A stretch of 64,000 nt of DNA from an uncultured Acidobacteriota bacterium (lineage in GTDB: Bacteria; Acidobacteriota; Thermoanaerobaculia; Gp7-AA8): the NCBI GenBank assembly GCA_963741955.1, contig CAVUKB010000007.1:992001-1056000 (forward strand), read 5' to 3'. Position numbers and translations under genes: made by a program. This document shows, in pieces, positions 42,121 through 51,260 of this stretch. The notes beneath the pieces are model-generated. The model was not told the origin of the DNA. It was given only the letters and a program-made list of their open reading frames with translations, and did no database searches. Positions within the stretch are counted from its first letter, which is position 1. Every line of letters starts with the position of its first letter.

Positions 42121-43236
42121 ATGCTGAATCTGGAAGAAATGGAAGTGAACTTCGGCCCTCAGCACCCGTCGACTCACGGCGTGCTGCGGCTCCTGCTGAA
42201 GATCGACGGTGAACGGATCGTCGAGGCGAAGCCGGTGATCGGCTATCTCCACCGCGGAACCGAGAAGCTGTTCGAGAACATGACCTATCCGATGTGCGTG
42301 CCGCACACCGACCGGATGGATTACGTCGCGTCCGCGACGAACAACCTCGGCTTCGTCGAGACGGTCGAGAAGCTGATGGGGATCACCGACGGCATTCCGA
42401 AACGCGCGCAGCTGATGAGGGTGATGCTCTCCGAGCTCCAGAGGATCTCGTCCCATCTCCTCTGGCTCGCCACGCACGCGATCGACCTCGGCGCGATGAC
42501 TCCCTTCTTCTACACCTTCCGGGAGAGAGAAGAGATTCTCGACCTCTTCGAGGAGTACTGCGGCGCCCGGCTGACACTCAATTGCATGCGGATCGGTGGT
42601 ATGCCGGACGACCTCACTCCGAACTGGCTGGAGAAGGTCGAAGCGTTCGTCGACAAGTTCGAAGCGGCGGTGGACGAATACGAGTCGCTCCTCACCAACA
42701 ATCGCATCTGGAGGCGCCGCACCATCGGCATCGGTGTGATCTCGCCGGAAGAGGCGATCGACTGGGGTCTGACCGGTCCTCCTCTGCGCGGCTCCGGAGT
42801 GAAGTGGGACATCCGGCGCGCGCTTCCGTACGAGTGCTACCCGGAGCTCGAGTTCGAGATCCCGATCGGAAAGAACGGCGACACGTACGACCGCTACATC
42901 ATCAGGATGATCGAGATGCGGCAGTCGAACCGGATCCTGAAGCAGTGCATCCCGATGGTGCGCGAGACGCCGGAGGGAGACATCAAGGCGAAGATCTCCA
43001 AGGTCGTTCGTCCGCCGGAAGGGGAGGTCTACCACTCGATCGAGAGCCCGAAGGGAGAGCTCGGCTACTACATCGTCGCAGACGGGAAGGCGACCAGCGC
43101 GTACCGCTGCCACGTCCGTCCCCCTTCGTTCGTGAATCTGCAGGCGCTTCCCGCGATGGCCGAGGGGCATCTGGTCTCCGACCTGGTGGCTCTGATCGGA
43201 ACCATCGACATCGTGCTCGGTGAAGTGGACCGGTAA
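42121..43236 (+). CDS. nuoD: NADH-quinone oxidoreductase subunit D
   Basis: NFGPQHPSTHGVLRL, GYLHRGTEK, DRMDY, ESPKGE, DIVLGEVDR. Confidence 0.98.
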   Translation: MLNLEEMEVNFGPQHPSTHGVLRLLLKIDGERIVEAKPVIGYLHRGTEKLFENMTYPMCVPHTDRMDYVASATNNLGFVETVEKLMGITDGIPKRAQLMRVMLSELQRISSHLLWLATHAIDLGAMTPFFYTFREREEILDLFEEYCGARLTLNCMRIGGMPDDLTPNWLEKVEAFVDKFEAAVDEYESLLTNNRIWRRRTIGIGVISPEEAIDWGLTGPPLRGSGVKWDIRRALPYECYPELEFEIPIGKNGDTYDRYIIRMIEMRQSNRILKQCIPMVRETPEGDIKAKISKVVRPPEGEVYHSIESPKGELGYYIVADGKATSAYRCHVRPPSFVNLQALPAMAEGHLVSDLVALIGTIDIVLGEVDR

Positions 43237-43248
43237 GGAAAGAGAACC

Positions 43249-44334
43249 ATGACGAGCGCACTTCTGAATTTCGCAGTCGCGCAGGCGAGCGAGCCGGGGC
43301 CGCTGATGCGGTACCTGGTCTGGCCGACGATCAAGTTCCTGATCGCCTTCGCGGTCGTGGCGACCATCGTCGCGCTGATGACCTGGGTCGAGCGCCGGAT
43401 GCTCGGCTTCATGCAGGCCCGGTTGGGCCCGAATCGCGTCGGACCGTGGGGCCTGTTCCAGGCCATCGCCGATCCGATCAAGCTCCTCCTCAAAGAGGAC
43501 ATCGTTCCTTCGCGTGCCGAGAAGGTGGCCTATTTCCTCGGGCCGATGATTCCGATCATCCCGGCCTTCGTCGTCTTCGCGCTGATTCCGTTCGGTCCGC
43601 CCCCGACGTTCACCATCACCTCGGTCAACGTCGGCCTGCTGCTGATCGTCGCTCTCACCTCGACCGGCGTGTACGGGATCATCCTTGGCGGGTGGGCTTC
43701 CAACAGCAAGTACTCACTGATGGGCGGGCTCCGGTCGGCCGCGCAGGTCGTCTCGTACGAGGTTCCGTTCGGACTGTCGCTGGTCGGCGTGCTGATGCTG
43801 TCGGGAAGCTTCGATCTGGTGCAGATCGTCCGCTACCAGGAAAACAACGTCTGGAACGTGATCCCGCAAATCGTCGGAGCGTTCATCTTCCTCGTGGCGA
43901 TGACCGCGGAATCGAACCGCACGCCGTTCGACCTGCCGGAAGCGGAGTCGGAGCTGGTGGCCGGATTCCACACCGAGTACTCCGGGATGAAGTTCGCGTT
44001 CTTCTTCCTCGCGGAGTACGCCTTCATGCTGGTGAACTCCTGCCTGATCGTCACCCTCTTTTTCGGTGGATGGACCCTCGCGATGTACGGACACGGACTG
44101 ACGACGCACACCCTCGTCGGGATGGGTGTCTGGGGTGCGGCGCTCGGTCTTCTGATCTTCGCGGTGAAGGTCGCGTTCTTCATGGTCACCTACGTCTGGT
44201 TCCGCGGAACGTTCCCGAGGTTCCGCTTCGACCAGTTGATGGATCTCGGATGGAAATGGCTGATTCCTCTCGCCCTGGCGAACATCATCGTCACCGGCGT
44301 GGTCGTGCTTTCGTTGCAGTCAGTGAGGGTTTGA
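43249..44334 (+). CDS. nuoH: NADH-quinone oxidoreductase subunit H
   Basis: ERR..G.MQ.R.GPNRVGP.G..Q..AD..K, SYE, AE.NR.PFDLPEAESELV.G..TEYSG. Confidence 0.98.
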   Translation: MTSALLNFAVAQASEPGPLMRYLVWPTIKFLIAFAVVATIVALMTWVERRMLGFMQARLGPNRVGPWGLFQAIADPIKLLLKEDIVPSRAEKVAYFLGPMIPIIPAFVVFALIPFGPPPTFTITSVNVGLLLIVALTSTGVYGIILGGWASNSKYSLMGGLRSAAQVVSYEVPFGLSLVGVLMLSGSFDLVQIVRYQENNVWNVIPQIVGAFIFLVAMTAESNRTPFDLPEAESELVAGFHTEYSGMKFAFFFLAEYAFMLVNSCLIVTLFFGGWTLAMYGHGLTTHTLVGMGVWGAALGLLIFAVKVAFFMVTYVWFRGTFPRFRFDQLMDLGWKWLIPLALANIIVTGVVVLSLQSVRV

Positions 44335-44335
44335 C

Positions 44336-44860
44336 ATGAGTCAGGTCGCCAGATGGTCGGACAAGATTCTGCTGCTCGATTTCTTCGAGGGGCTGAAGAC
44401 CACGTTCAAAGAGCTCTTCCGGAAGAAGGTCACCATCGAGTATCCGGAGAAGCGGATGGAGCCGGCGGACCGGTTTCGCGGAATGTTCCGTTTCAATTAC
44501 GAGCGCTGCATCGCGTGCAAGCTCTGCGCGCTGGCCTGCCCGATCGACATCATCTACATCGACGTCCACGACGAGACGCAGGAAGTCGACGGGAAGAAGA
44601 AGAAGATCAAGGTGCTGGACCGTTACGACATCGACGTGAAGCGATGCATGTTCTGCGGGCTCTGTGAGGAAGCCTGTCCGACCAAGCCGAAATCGATCTG
44701 GCTCACCACGCAGACTTACGAGCTCGCGACGTACGACCGCAACGAGCTGTATTTCAACATGCAGGAGCTCGAGTACTGGCAGGAGCGTCCCTCCTACAAG
44801 ACACTCGAAGAGTCAGCAGACGAGGCCGGGATCAAAGCCCTGCCGCGAGGAGGTGAGTGA
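44336..44860 (+). CDS. nuoI: NADH-quinone oxidoreductase subunit I
   Basis: T.EYPE, CIACKLCALACP and CMFCGLCEEACP. Confidence 0.96.
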   Translation: MSQVARWSDKILLLDFFEGLKTTFKELFRKKVTIEYPEKRMEPADRFRGMFRFNYERCIACKLCALACPIDIIYIDVHDETQEVDGKKKKIKVLDRYDIDVKRCMFCGLCEEACPTKPKSIWLTTQTYELATYDRNELYFNMQELEYWQERPSYKTLEESADEAGIKALPRGGE

Positions 44861-45543
44861 TGGACGGCTGGATCCATCTGATGCCATCGGTGCTCTTCTT
44901 CGTGATCGGCGCCATCGCCGTCGCTTCGAGCATTCTGGTCGTGGCGATGCGCAACCCGGTGCACTCGGCGCTGTTCCTTCTGGTGACGTTCCTCTCGGTG
45001 GCCGCGCTCTTCATCATGCAGGGAGCGGAGTTCGTCGGAGCGGTTCAGATCCTGGTCTACGCCGGCGGAATCATGGTTCTGTTCCTCTTCGTGGTCATGC
45101 TGATCAACGTGCGCACCATCCGGACCGAGAGGACCTTCTCGCCGTTCTGGGTCGGTGCGATCTTCGTCGGTGCCGCTGTTCTCCTCCTTCTCTCCGTGGT
45201 GGTGGAACGCGGAGCTCTGCATCCGGCGGTCGGTGATCCGGCGATGCTCCGGACCGCGATGGTCCAGGAGACCGTGTTCGTGACCACTCCCGAAGGCGCG
45301 GTGGTTCAGCGTCAGGAGGAGCGGCCGCGGGTGGTCGGCAACTCCGAAGCGGTGGGGATGGAGCTCTATCGCAAATACCTCGTGCCGTTCGAAGTGGCCT
45401 CGGTGTTCCTCCTGGTCGCCATGATCGGCGCGATCGTCATCGGCAAACGCGAGCTGAGCGCAGAAGAAGAGGAAGCGATTCCCGAATACATCCGCAAGCG
45501 CGTGGCCGACGAAAAGCGCATCAAGGAGGCCCTCGGTGCCTGA
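44860..45543 (+). CDS. nuoJ: NADH-quinone oxidoreductase subunit J
   Basis: NPVHSAL.L, QILVYAGGIMVLFLFVVML, PFE..S..LLVAMIGA. Confidence 0.96.
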   Translation: MDGWIHLMPSVLFFVIGAIAVASSILVVAMRNPVHSALFLLVTFLSVAALFIMQGAEFVGAVQILVYAGGIMVLFLFVVMLINVRTIRTERTFSPFWVGAIFVGAAVLLLLSVVVERGALHPAVGDPAMLRTAMVQETVFVTTPEGAVVQRQEERPRVVGNSEAVGMELYRKYLVPFEVASVFLLVAMIGAIVIGKRELSAEEEEAIPEYIRKRVADEKRIKEALGA

Positions 45544-45838
45544 CACCTCTGCATTCCTCCTCCTCTCCGCCACCATCTTTTCCATCGGTCTGGTCGGCGT
45601 GGTGGTTCGGAGAAACATGATCACGGTCCTGATGTGCATCGAACTGATGCTCAACGCCGTGAATATCAATTTCGTGGCATTCGCCTCACGCCTTTCGAAT
45701 CTCGAAGGCCACATCTTCCCGATCTTCGTCATCACGGTCGCGGCGGGTGAGGCGGCGGTGGGTCTCGCCATCATCATTCAGTTCTACCGGCTCGAGAGCA
45801 GCGTCAATGTCGACGAGGCCCGGGAGCTGAACGGCTGA
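45536..45838 (+). CDS. nuoK: NADH-quinone oxidoreductase subunit K
   Basis: RRN.I..LM.IELMLNAVN, VAAGEAAVGLA. Confidence 0.96.
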   Translation: MPDTSAFLLLSATIFSIGLVGVVVRRNMITVLMCIELMLNAVNINFVAFASRLSNLEGHIFPIFVITVAAGEAAVGLAIIIQFYRLESSVNVDEARELNG

Positions 45839-45849
45839 CGCGGGGATCA

Positions 45850-48087
45850 ATGATGAATATCGGATCGATTCTCTGGCTCATCCCCACCCTTCCCGCTCTC
45901 GGCGCGCTGATCAACGGTCTGCGTGCGGTGTCGAGCCGGGAAGCGAAGAACCGCGCCGTGACCAACGCGTTCGCGCTCGGCACGACTGCCCTGTCGGCCC
46001 TGATCGCCACTGCGGTGGTGCTGCTCTATGTCCGGCACGGCATCCACGAAGCGGTCGAGGTGGCCTACTACCACTGGATCCCCTCCGGCATGGGTGAGGT
46101 TCTGAAGGGAAGCTTCATCGCGAACTTCAACGTCGACCTCGCGTTTCGCGTCGACACCCTCTCCTCGGTGATGATGATGGTCGTCACCTGGGTCGGGTTC
46201 CTGATTCACGTCTACTCGGTGGGGTACATGGCCCACGAGAAGGGCTACACCCGCTTCTTCGCTTATCTCAACCTCTTCATGTTCATGATGCTGTTGCTCG
46301 TGATGGGCAACAACTACATCGTGATGTTCGTCGGTTGGGAGGGCGTCGGACTCTGCTCGTATCTCCTGATCGGGTTCTACTACGACAAGAACTTCGCCGC
46401 GGACGCCGGGAAGAAGGCGTTCATCACCAACCGGATCGGCGATTTCGGGTTCCTTCTCGGAGTCTTTCTCATCTTCAACTACTTCGGGACGGTCGATTTC
46501 ACGAAGGTCTTCGCCCTGGCGAGCGCATATCCGAGCCAGTACGCGGGAGTGGCCACGGCGATCGGCATCTTCCTGTTCATCGGCGCGTGCGGAAAGTCCG
46601 CACAGATTCCTCTGTACGTGTGGCTTCCTGACGCCATGGCCGGCCCCACCCCGGTCTCGGCACTGATCCACGCCGCGACGATGGTCACCGCGGGCGTCTA
46701 CATGGTGGTGCGGTCGAACGTGCTCTACCGACTTTCGCCGGCCGCGATGGCGGTGGTCGCCATCGTCGGTGCGCTGACCGCGATCTTCGCGGCGAGCATC
46801 GGCCTGATGCAGAACGACATCAAGAAGGTGCTCGCTTACTCCACCGTCTCGCAGCTCGGATACATGTTCATCGGCGCGGGTGTCGGAGCGTTCACCGCGG
46901 CCATCTTCCACCTGATGACGCACGCTTTCTTCAAAGCCTGCCTCTTCCTCGGCGCCGGATCAGTCATTCACGGATGCGGCGGCGAGCAGGACATGCGGAA
47001 GATGGGCGGTCTCCGGAAGTACATGCCGAAGACCCACTGGACGTTCCTCGTGGCGACGCTCGCGATCTCCGGTATTCCTCCGCTGGCGGGCTTCTTCTCC
47101 AAGGACGAGATCCTCGCGAGCGCATTCCTGCAGCGGTTCGACACGCTTCCCGCTCCCTGGAATCACGCGCCGCAGATCGCCTGGGTCCTCGGAACGGTGG
47201 CCGCGATCTTCACCGCGTTCTACATGTTCCGCCTCTACTACATGACCTTCCACGGGAAGTATCGCGGCGCATTCATCGAAGGAGTGGTGGAGTCGGAGCC
47301 GTCGCACGGAGGTCACGATCTGATCGACGACCACACCCATCTCGACGTCGCCGCGGGAAGCGGTCATCATCCTGCGCCGTCCGGCAAGGGCCACGGGCAT
47401 CACGACGACGCGCATGCGACGCCTCACGAGTCGCCGTGGACGATGACCGGAGTGCTCGCAGTGCTCGCGACGCTCGCCGCCATCGGTGGCCTGATCGGGC
47501 CGCCGCTCGCCGCGTTCGGGATGCACACGGAGAATCCGTTCCAGAAATTCCTCGAGCCGGTGCTCGCGCCGATCGGAGGTCATTCCTTCGAATTCATCGA
47601 GGCGAGCTCGATCGGGATGGACTGGTTCCTGATCGCGTTCTCGGTGCTGGCTGCGGTGTTCGGCATTCTCGTCGCGCGCCGGTGGTACAAGAGCGATCCC
47701 GACTGGGCGATTCCGACCCGTCTCGCGCTCCGTTTCCCCGGCTTCTACAAGCTCGTCGCGAACAAGTACTACGTAGACGAGATCTATCAGGCCACGGTCA
47801 TCCGCGGGACCCTGTTATTCAGCTGGATGCTGGCCTGGTTCGACAGTCACGTCGTGGACGGGCTGGTGAATCTGACCCGTCACGTCACGGTGATCTTCTT
47901 TGGTGAAGGATCCTCGCTGTTCGACAGGTTCGTCGTCGACGGTGCGGTCAACGGTGTGGCCTTCACGGCGAAAGGCGGCTCCGCGCTGCTGCGGAGAGTT
48001 CAGAGCGGGTTCGTTCAGAAGTACGCCCTGATCATGGGTGGTGGAGTGGTCTTCATGGTTGCCCTCTACCTGGTGATGAGACTCTGA
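45850..48087 (+). CDS. nuoL: NADH-quinone oxidoreductase subunit L, with lengthened amphipathic arm
   Basis: YS.GYM, GWEGVG.CSY.LIGF, GKSAQ.PL..WLPDAM.GPTPVSALIHAATMV, HAFFKA, FFSKD; duplicated FD..VVDG.VN motif. Confidence 0.97.
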   Translation: MMNIGSILWLIPTLPALGALINGLRAVSSREAKNRAVTNAFALGTTALSALIATAVVLLYVRHGIHEAVEVAYYHWIPSGMGEVLKGSFIANFNVDLAFRVDTLSSVMMMVVTWVGFLIHVYSVGYMAHEKGYTRFFAYLNLFMFMMLLLVMGNNYIVMFVGWEGVGLCSYLLIGFYYDKNFAADAGKKAFITNRIGDFGFLLGVFLIFNYFGTVDFTKVFALASAYPSQYAGVATAIGIFLFIGACGKSAQIPLYVWLPDAMAGPTPVSALIHAATMVTAGVYMVVRSNVLYRLSPAAMAVVAIVGALTAIFAASIGLMQNDIKKVLAYSTVSQLGYMFIGAGVGAFTAAIFHLMTHAFFKACLFLGAGSVIHGCGGEQDMRKMGGLRKYMPKTHWTFLVATLAISGIPPLAGFFSKDEILASAFLQRFDTLPAPWNHAPQIAWVLGTVAAIFTAFYMFRLYYMTFHGKYRGAFIEGVVESEPSHGGHDLIDDHTHLDVAAGSGHHPAPSGKGHGHHDDAHATPHESPWTMTGVLAVLATLAAIGGLIGPPLAAFGMHTENPFQKFLEPVLAPIGGHSFEFIEASSIGMDWFLIAFSVLAAVFGILVARRWYKSDPDWAIPTRLALRFPGFYKLVANKYYVDEIYQATVIRGTLLFSWMLAWFDSHVVDGLVNLTRHVTVIFFGEGSSLFDRFVVDGAVNGVAFTAKGGSALLRRVQSGFVQKYALIMGGGVVFMVALYLVMRL

Positions 48088-48165
48088 CCGGCGGCAATGA
48101 CATTCGGTCCACGTACTGAAATGACTGCCGTCCCGTGACGGCGAATGAGTGGAGACGCAACGTCC

Positions 48166-49812
48166 ATGGGCATCTACAATTCAGGATTTCCGATTCTCTC
48201 GCTGATCACTTACCTGCCGCTGGTGGGTTCGCTGATCATCGTCTTCCTGGTTCCGAAAGAGAAGACGAAGACGATCAAGACGGTGGCCACCGTGATCGCC
48301 GGACTCGATCTCGCTCTGACCATTCCGCTCTGGTGGGCATTCAACTCGAGCGGCACGGGTGCGGGACTCTTTCAGTTCCAGGAGCACCACGCATGGATTC
48401 CGTCCCTCGGCGTCGAGTACTTCTTCGGAATCGACGGAATCGCGCTCCTGCTGATCTTCCTCACCAACGTGATGGGGCTGATCGCCGTCTATTCGTCGTT
48501 CTCGGCGATCGAGCATCGGGAGAAGGAGTACTACACGCTGATGCTGATGCTGCAGACCGGCATGCTCGGCGTCTTCTGTGCCCTCGACTTCTTCCTCTTC
48601 TACGTCTTCTGGGAAGTGATGCTGGTGCCGATGTACTTCCTGATCGGAGTCTGGGGAGGCCCCCGCAAGCTCTACGCAGCGATCAAGTTCTTTCTCTACA
48701 CTCTGGCCGGTTCGGTCCTGATGCTGCTGTCGATCCTGACGCTCTACTTCTACAACAGCGGCGGCATCCCGTTCTTCGGGATCAAGGGGCTCGGGAACCC
48801 GGCGACCTTCAACGTCCTCCAGTACCACGAGATCGGACACCTCATCCCGCCGGGCCTGCAGTTCTGGATCTTCCTCGGCTTCTTCTTCGGGTTCGCGATC
48901 AAGGTGCCGATGTTCCCGTTCCACACCTGGCTGCCTGACGCGCACGTCGAGGCTCCCACGGCCGGTTCGGTGATCCTGGCGGCCGTCCTCCTGAAGATGG
49001 GAACCTACGGATTCGTTCGGTTCTCGCTGCCGATTCTTCCCGACGCGACGAAACAGCTGGTCGTTCCGATCATCGTGCTGGCGATCATAGGCATCATCTA
49101 CGGTGCCCTGGTGGCGATGGTACAGAAGGACATGAAGAAGCTCGTCGCGTACTCCTCGGTGTCGCATCTCGGGTTCGTGATGCTGGGCATGTTCGCCCTC
49201 AACCCGATGGGTCTCAAGGGGTCAGTGCTGCAGATGGTCAATCACGGACTCTCGACCGGTGCACTCTTCCTTCTGGTCGGACTGGTCTACGAGAGACGCC
49301 ACACCCGTCTGATCGCGGAATACGGTGGCCTCGCGAAGCAGATGCCCATCTTCGCGACGCTCTTTCTGATCGCAACGCTCTCGTCGATCGGACTCCCGGC
49401 GTTGAACGGATTCGTCGGCGAGTTCACCATCCTGATCGGCGCCGCCAACCGCAGTCTGGTCTGGGCCGTCTTCGCGGCGACAGGCATCGTCCTCGGCGCG
49501 GCGTACATGCTCTGGCTCTACCAGAGGGTGTTCTGGGGTCCGCTCGACAATCCCGCCAACCGCACGCTCAAGGATCTCAACGCGCGCGAGATCTGGACTC
49601 TGGTCCCGATCGTCGCCTGCATGTTCTGGATCGGTCTCTATCCGGCTCCGTTCTTCAAGCTCCTCGACAAGCCGGTCGACTACCTGGTGCAGAAGGTCGA
49701 CCCGGGCTACTACCAGAGAGAGCAGATGGCGTATCCGGTTCCGGCCGAACACGAAATGCCGACTCCTGCCGCCGCGCAGGTGATGCCCGAGGGTTCTCAT
49801 GCAATGGAGTGA
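48166..49812 (+). CDS. nuoM: NADH-quinone oxidoreductase subunit M
   Basis: FYVFWE..L.PMY.LIG.WG, K.P.FP.HTWLPDAH.EAPT.GS..LA..LLK.G.YG, AYSS.SH.G; start 48166 (or 48145). Confidence 0.97.
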   Translation: MGIYNSGFPILSLITYLPLVGSLIIVFLVPKEKTKTIKTVATVIAGLDLALTIPLWWAFNSSGTGAGLFQFQEHHAWIPSLGVEYFFGIDGIALLLIFLTNVMGLIAVYSSFSAIEHREKEYYTLMLMLQTGMLGVFCALDFFLFYVFWEVMLVPMYFLIGVWGGPRKLYAAIKFFLYTLAGSVLMLLSILTLYFYNSGGIPFFGIKGLGNPATFNVLQYHEIGHLIPPGLQFWIFLGFFFGFAIKVPMFPFHTWLPDAHVEAPTAGSVILAAVLLKMGTYGFVRFSLPILPDATKQLVVPIIVLAIIGIIYGALVAMVQKDMKKLVAYSSVSHLGFVMLGMFALNPMGLKGSVLQMVNHGLSTGALFLLVGLVYERRHTRLIAEYGGLAKQMPIFATLFLIATLSSIGLPALNGFVGEFTILIGAANRSLVWAVFAATGIVLGAAYMLWLYQRVFWGPLDNPANRTLKDLNAREIWTLVPIVACMFWIGLYPAPFFKLLDKPVDYLVQKVDPGYYQREQMAYPVPAEHEMPTPAAAQVMPEGSHAME

Positions 49813-51250
49813 TCTGGTTTTCCTGCTGCCGGAGATCGTCCTCTTCGCCGGGGCGTCTCTACTGCTGCTCGCTCCCTTCGTCGGATTCCGGCGTGAAGGC
49901 CGCGACGCGAAGTGGATGACGCTCGGTGTCCTGGTCGGTACCGCGGTGGCGCTGACTCTGACGGCATTGTCGACTGCAGTCCCGAGCGCCTCACTCGATG
50001 CGATGTTCGTCAGTGACGGGTTCGCGAGCTTCTTCAAGATTCTGCTGCTGGTGATCATCGGAATCGTGGTGCTCCTCTCTTCCGACTTTCTCGCGGAAGG
50101 GAAGTACTCTCCGTGGGAGTACTACTCGCTGATGCTCTTCGCCCTCGCGGGAATGTTCTTCATGGCCTCCGGGATCCACCTGATCTCGATCTGGATCGGA
50201 CTGGAGCTGATGTCGCTCTCGAGCTACATCCTGACCGGCTATTACAAGGCGGAGAAGAAGTCGACCGAGGCGGCGATGAAGTACTTCATCCTCGGTGCGA
50301 TGAGCTCGGCCATTCTCCTCTACGGTGTTTCGCTCATTTACGGGGTCACCGGATCGCTCGGGCTCTCGGATATCCGGCATGCCCTCGCGGCAGGAGCGGG
50401 GCAGGTGGTGATGGCCGGAGTGATGCTGCTCGGAGCGGGACTCTGCTTCAAGGTCGCGGCGGTGCCGTTCCATGCATGGACGCCCGACGTGTACGAGGGG
50501 GCGCCCACTCCCATCAGCGCGTTTCTCTCCACCGCTTCGAAGGCGGCGGCATTCGCGATGTTCGCCCGCATCTTCTACGAGGCGCTTCCGGACATCCACG
50601 TGAACTGGAGCCTGGTGATCGCGATCATCTCCGCCATGACCATGATCGTCGGCAACGTCGCGGCGATGATCCAGGACAACGTGAAACGGATGCTCGCGTA
50701 TTCGTCGATCGGACATGCGGGCTACGCGCTGCTCGGAATTCTCGCCATGAGCGAGATCGGCCTCTACTCGGTGCTGATCTACATGGTCGCGTACGCGTTC
50801 GCCAATCTCGGCGCGTGGGCGACGGTGATGGTCCTCCAGCGTCACGAGTATGCCGGCGAGAGCGTCGCCGACTTCGAAGGGCTCCACCAGCGGGCTCCGT
50901 TCTACGCATTCTCGATGGTGATCTTCCTCCTCTCGCTCGGCGGCATTCCTCCGCTGGCCGGATTCCTCGGGAAGTACTTCCTCTTCGCCGCGGCGATTCA
51001 GGCCGGATACGCGTGGCTCGCGGTGATCGCGGTGCTGATGTCGGCCGTGTCGATCTACTACTACTTCCGGATCGTAGTCGCGATGTACCTGAAGGAAGGT
51101 AAGCCTGCGGAGGTGGTGATCACCCGCTCGCTGCGGTTCGCGGTGGCGTTCTGTCTGGTGGCGACGATCGTCCTCGGCATCGCGGCGGAGCCTCTGATCG
51201 GAGGCGTGAGGCACTCGCTGCAGACGATCGTGGTGACTTTCCTCCGCTGA
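49799..51250 (+). CDS. nuoN: NADH-quinone oxidoreductase subunit N
   Basis: LEL.SL..Y.L, EAA.KYF..GA, FK...VPFH.W.PDVY.GAP, KRMLAYSSI.H.GY, SL.GIPP..GF..K. Confidence 0.97.
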   Translation: MQWSDLVFLLPEIVLFAGASLLLLAPFVGFRREGRDAKWMTLGVLVGTAVALTLTALSTAVPSASLDAMFVSDGFASFFKILLLVIIGIVVLLSSDFLAEGKYSPWEYYSLMLFALAGMFFMASGIHLISIWIGLELMSLSSYILTGYYKAEKKSTEAAMKYFILGAMSSAILLYGVSLIYGVTGSLGLSDIRHALAAGAGQVVMAGVMLLGAGLCFKVAAVPFHAWTPDVYEGAPTPISAFLSTASKAAAFAMFARIFYEALPDIHVNWSLVIAIISAMTMIVGNVAAMIQDNVKRMLAYSSIGHAGYALLGILAMSEIGLYSVLIYMVAYAFANLGAWATVMVLQRHEYAGESVADFEGLHQRAPFYAFSMVIFLLSLGGIPPLAGFLGKYFLFAAAIQAGYAWLAVIAVLMSAVSIYYYFRIVVAMYLKEGKPAEVVITRSLRFAVAFCLVATIVLGIAAEPLIGGVRHSLQTIVVTFLR

Positions 51251-51260
51251 TTCATCGCCG

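Noticed and set aside
47290-47430. His-rich loop in NuoL as a novel metal-binding domain
   Set aside because: His-rich loops before the PHE motif are common in bacterial NuoL
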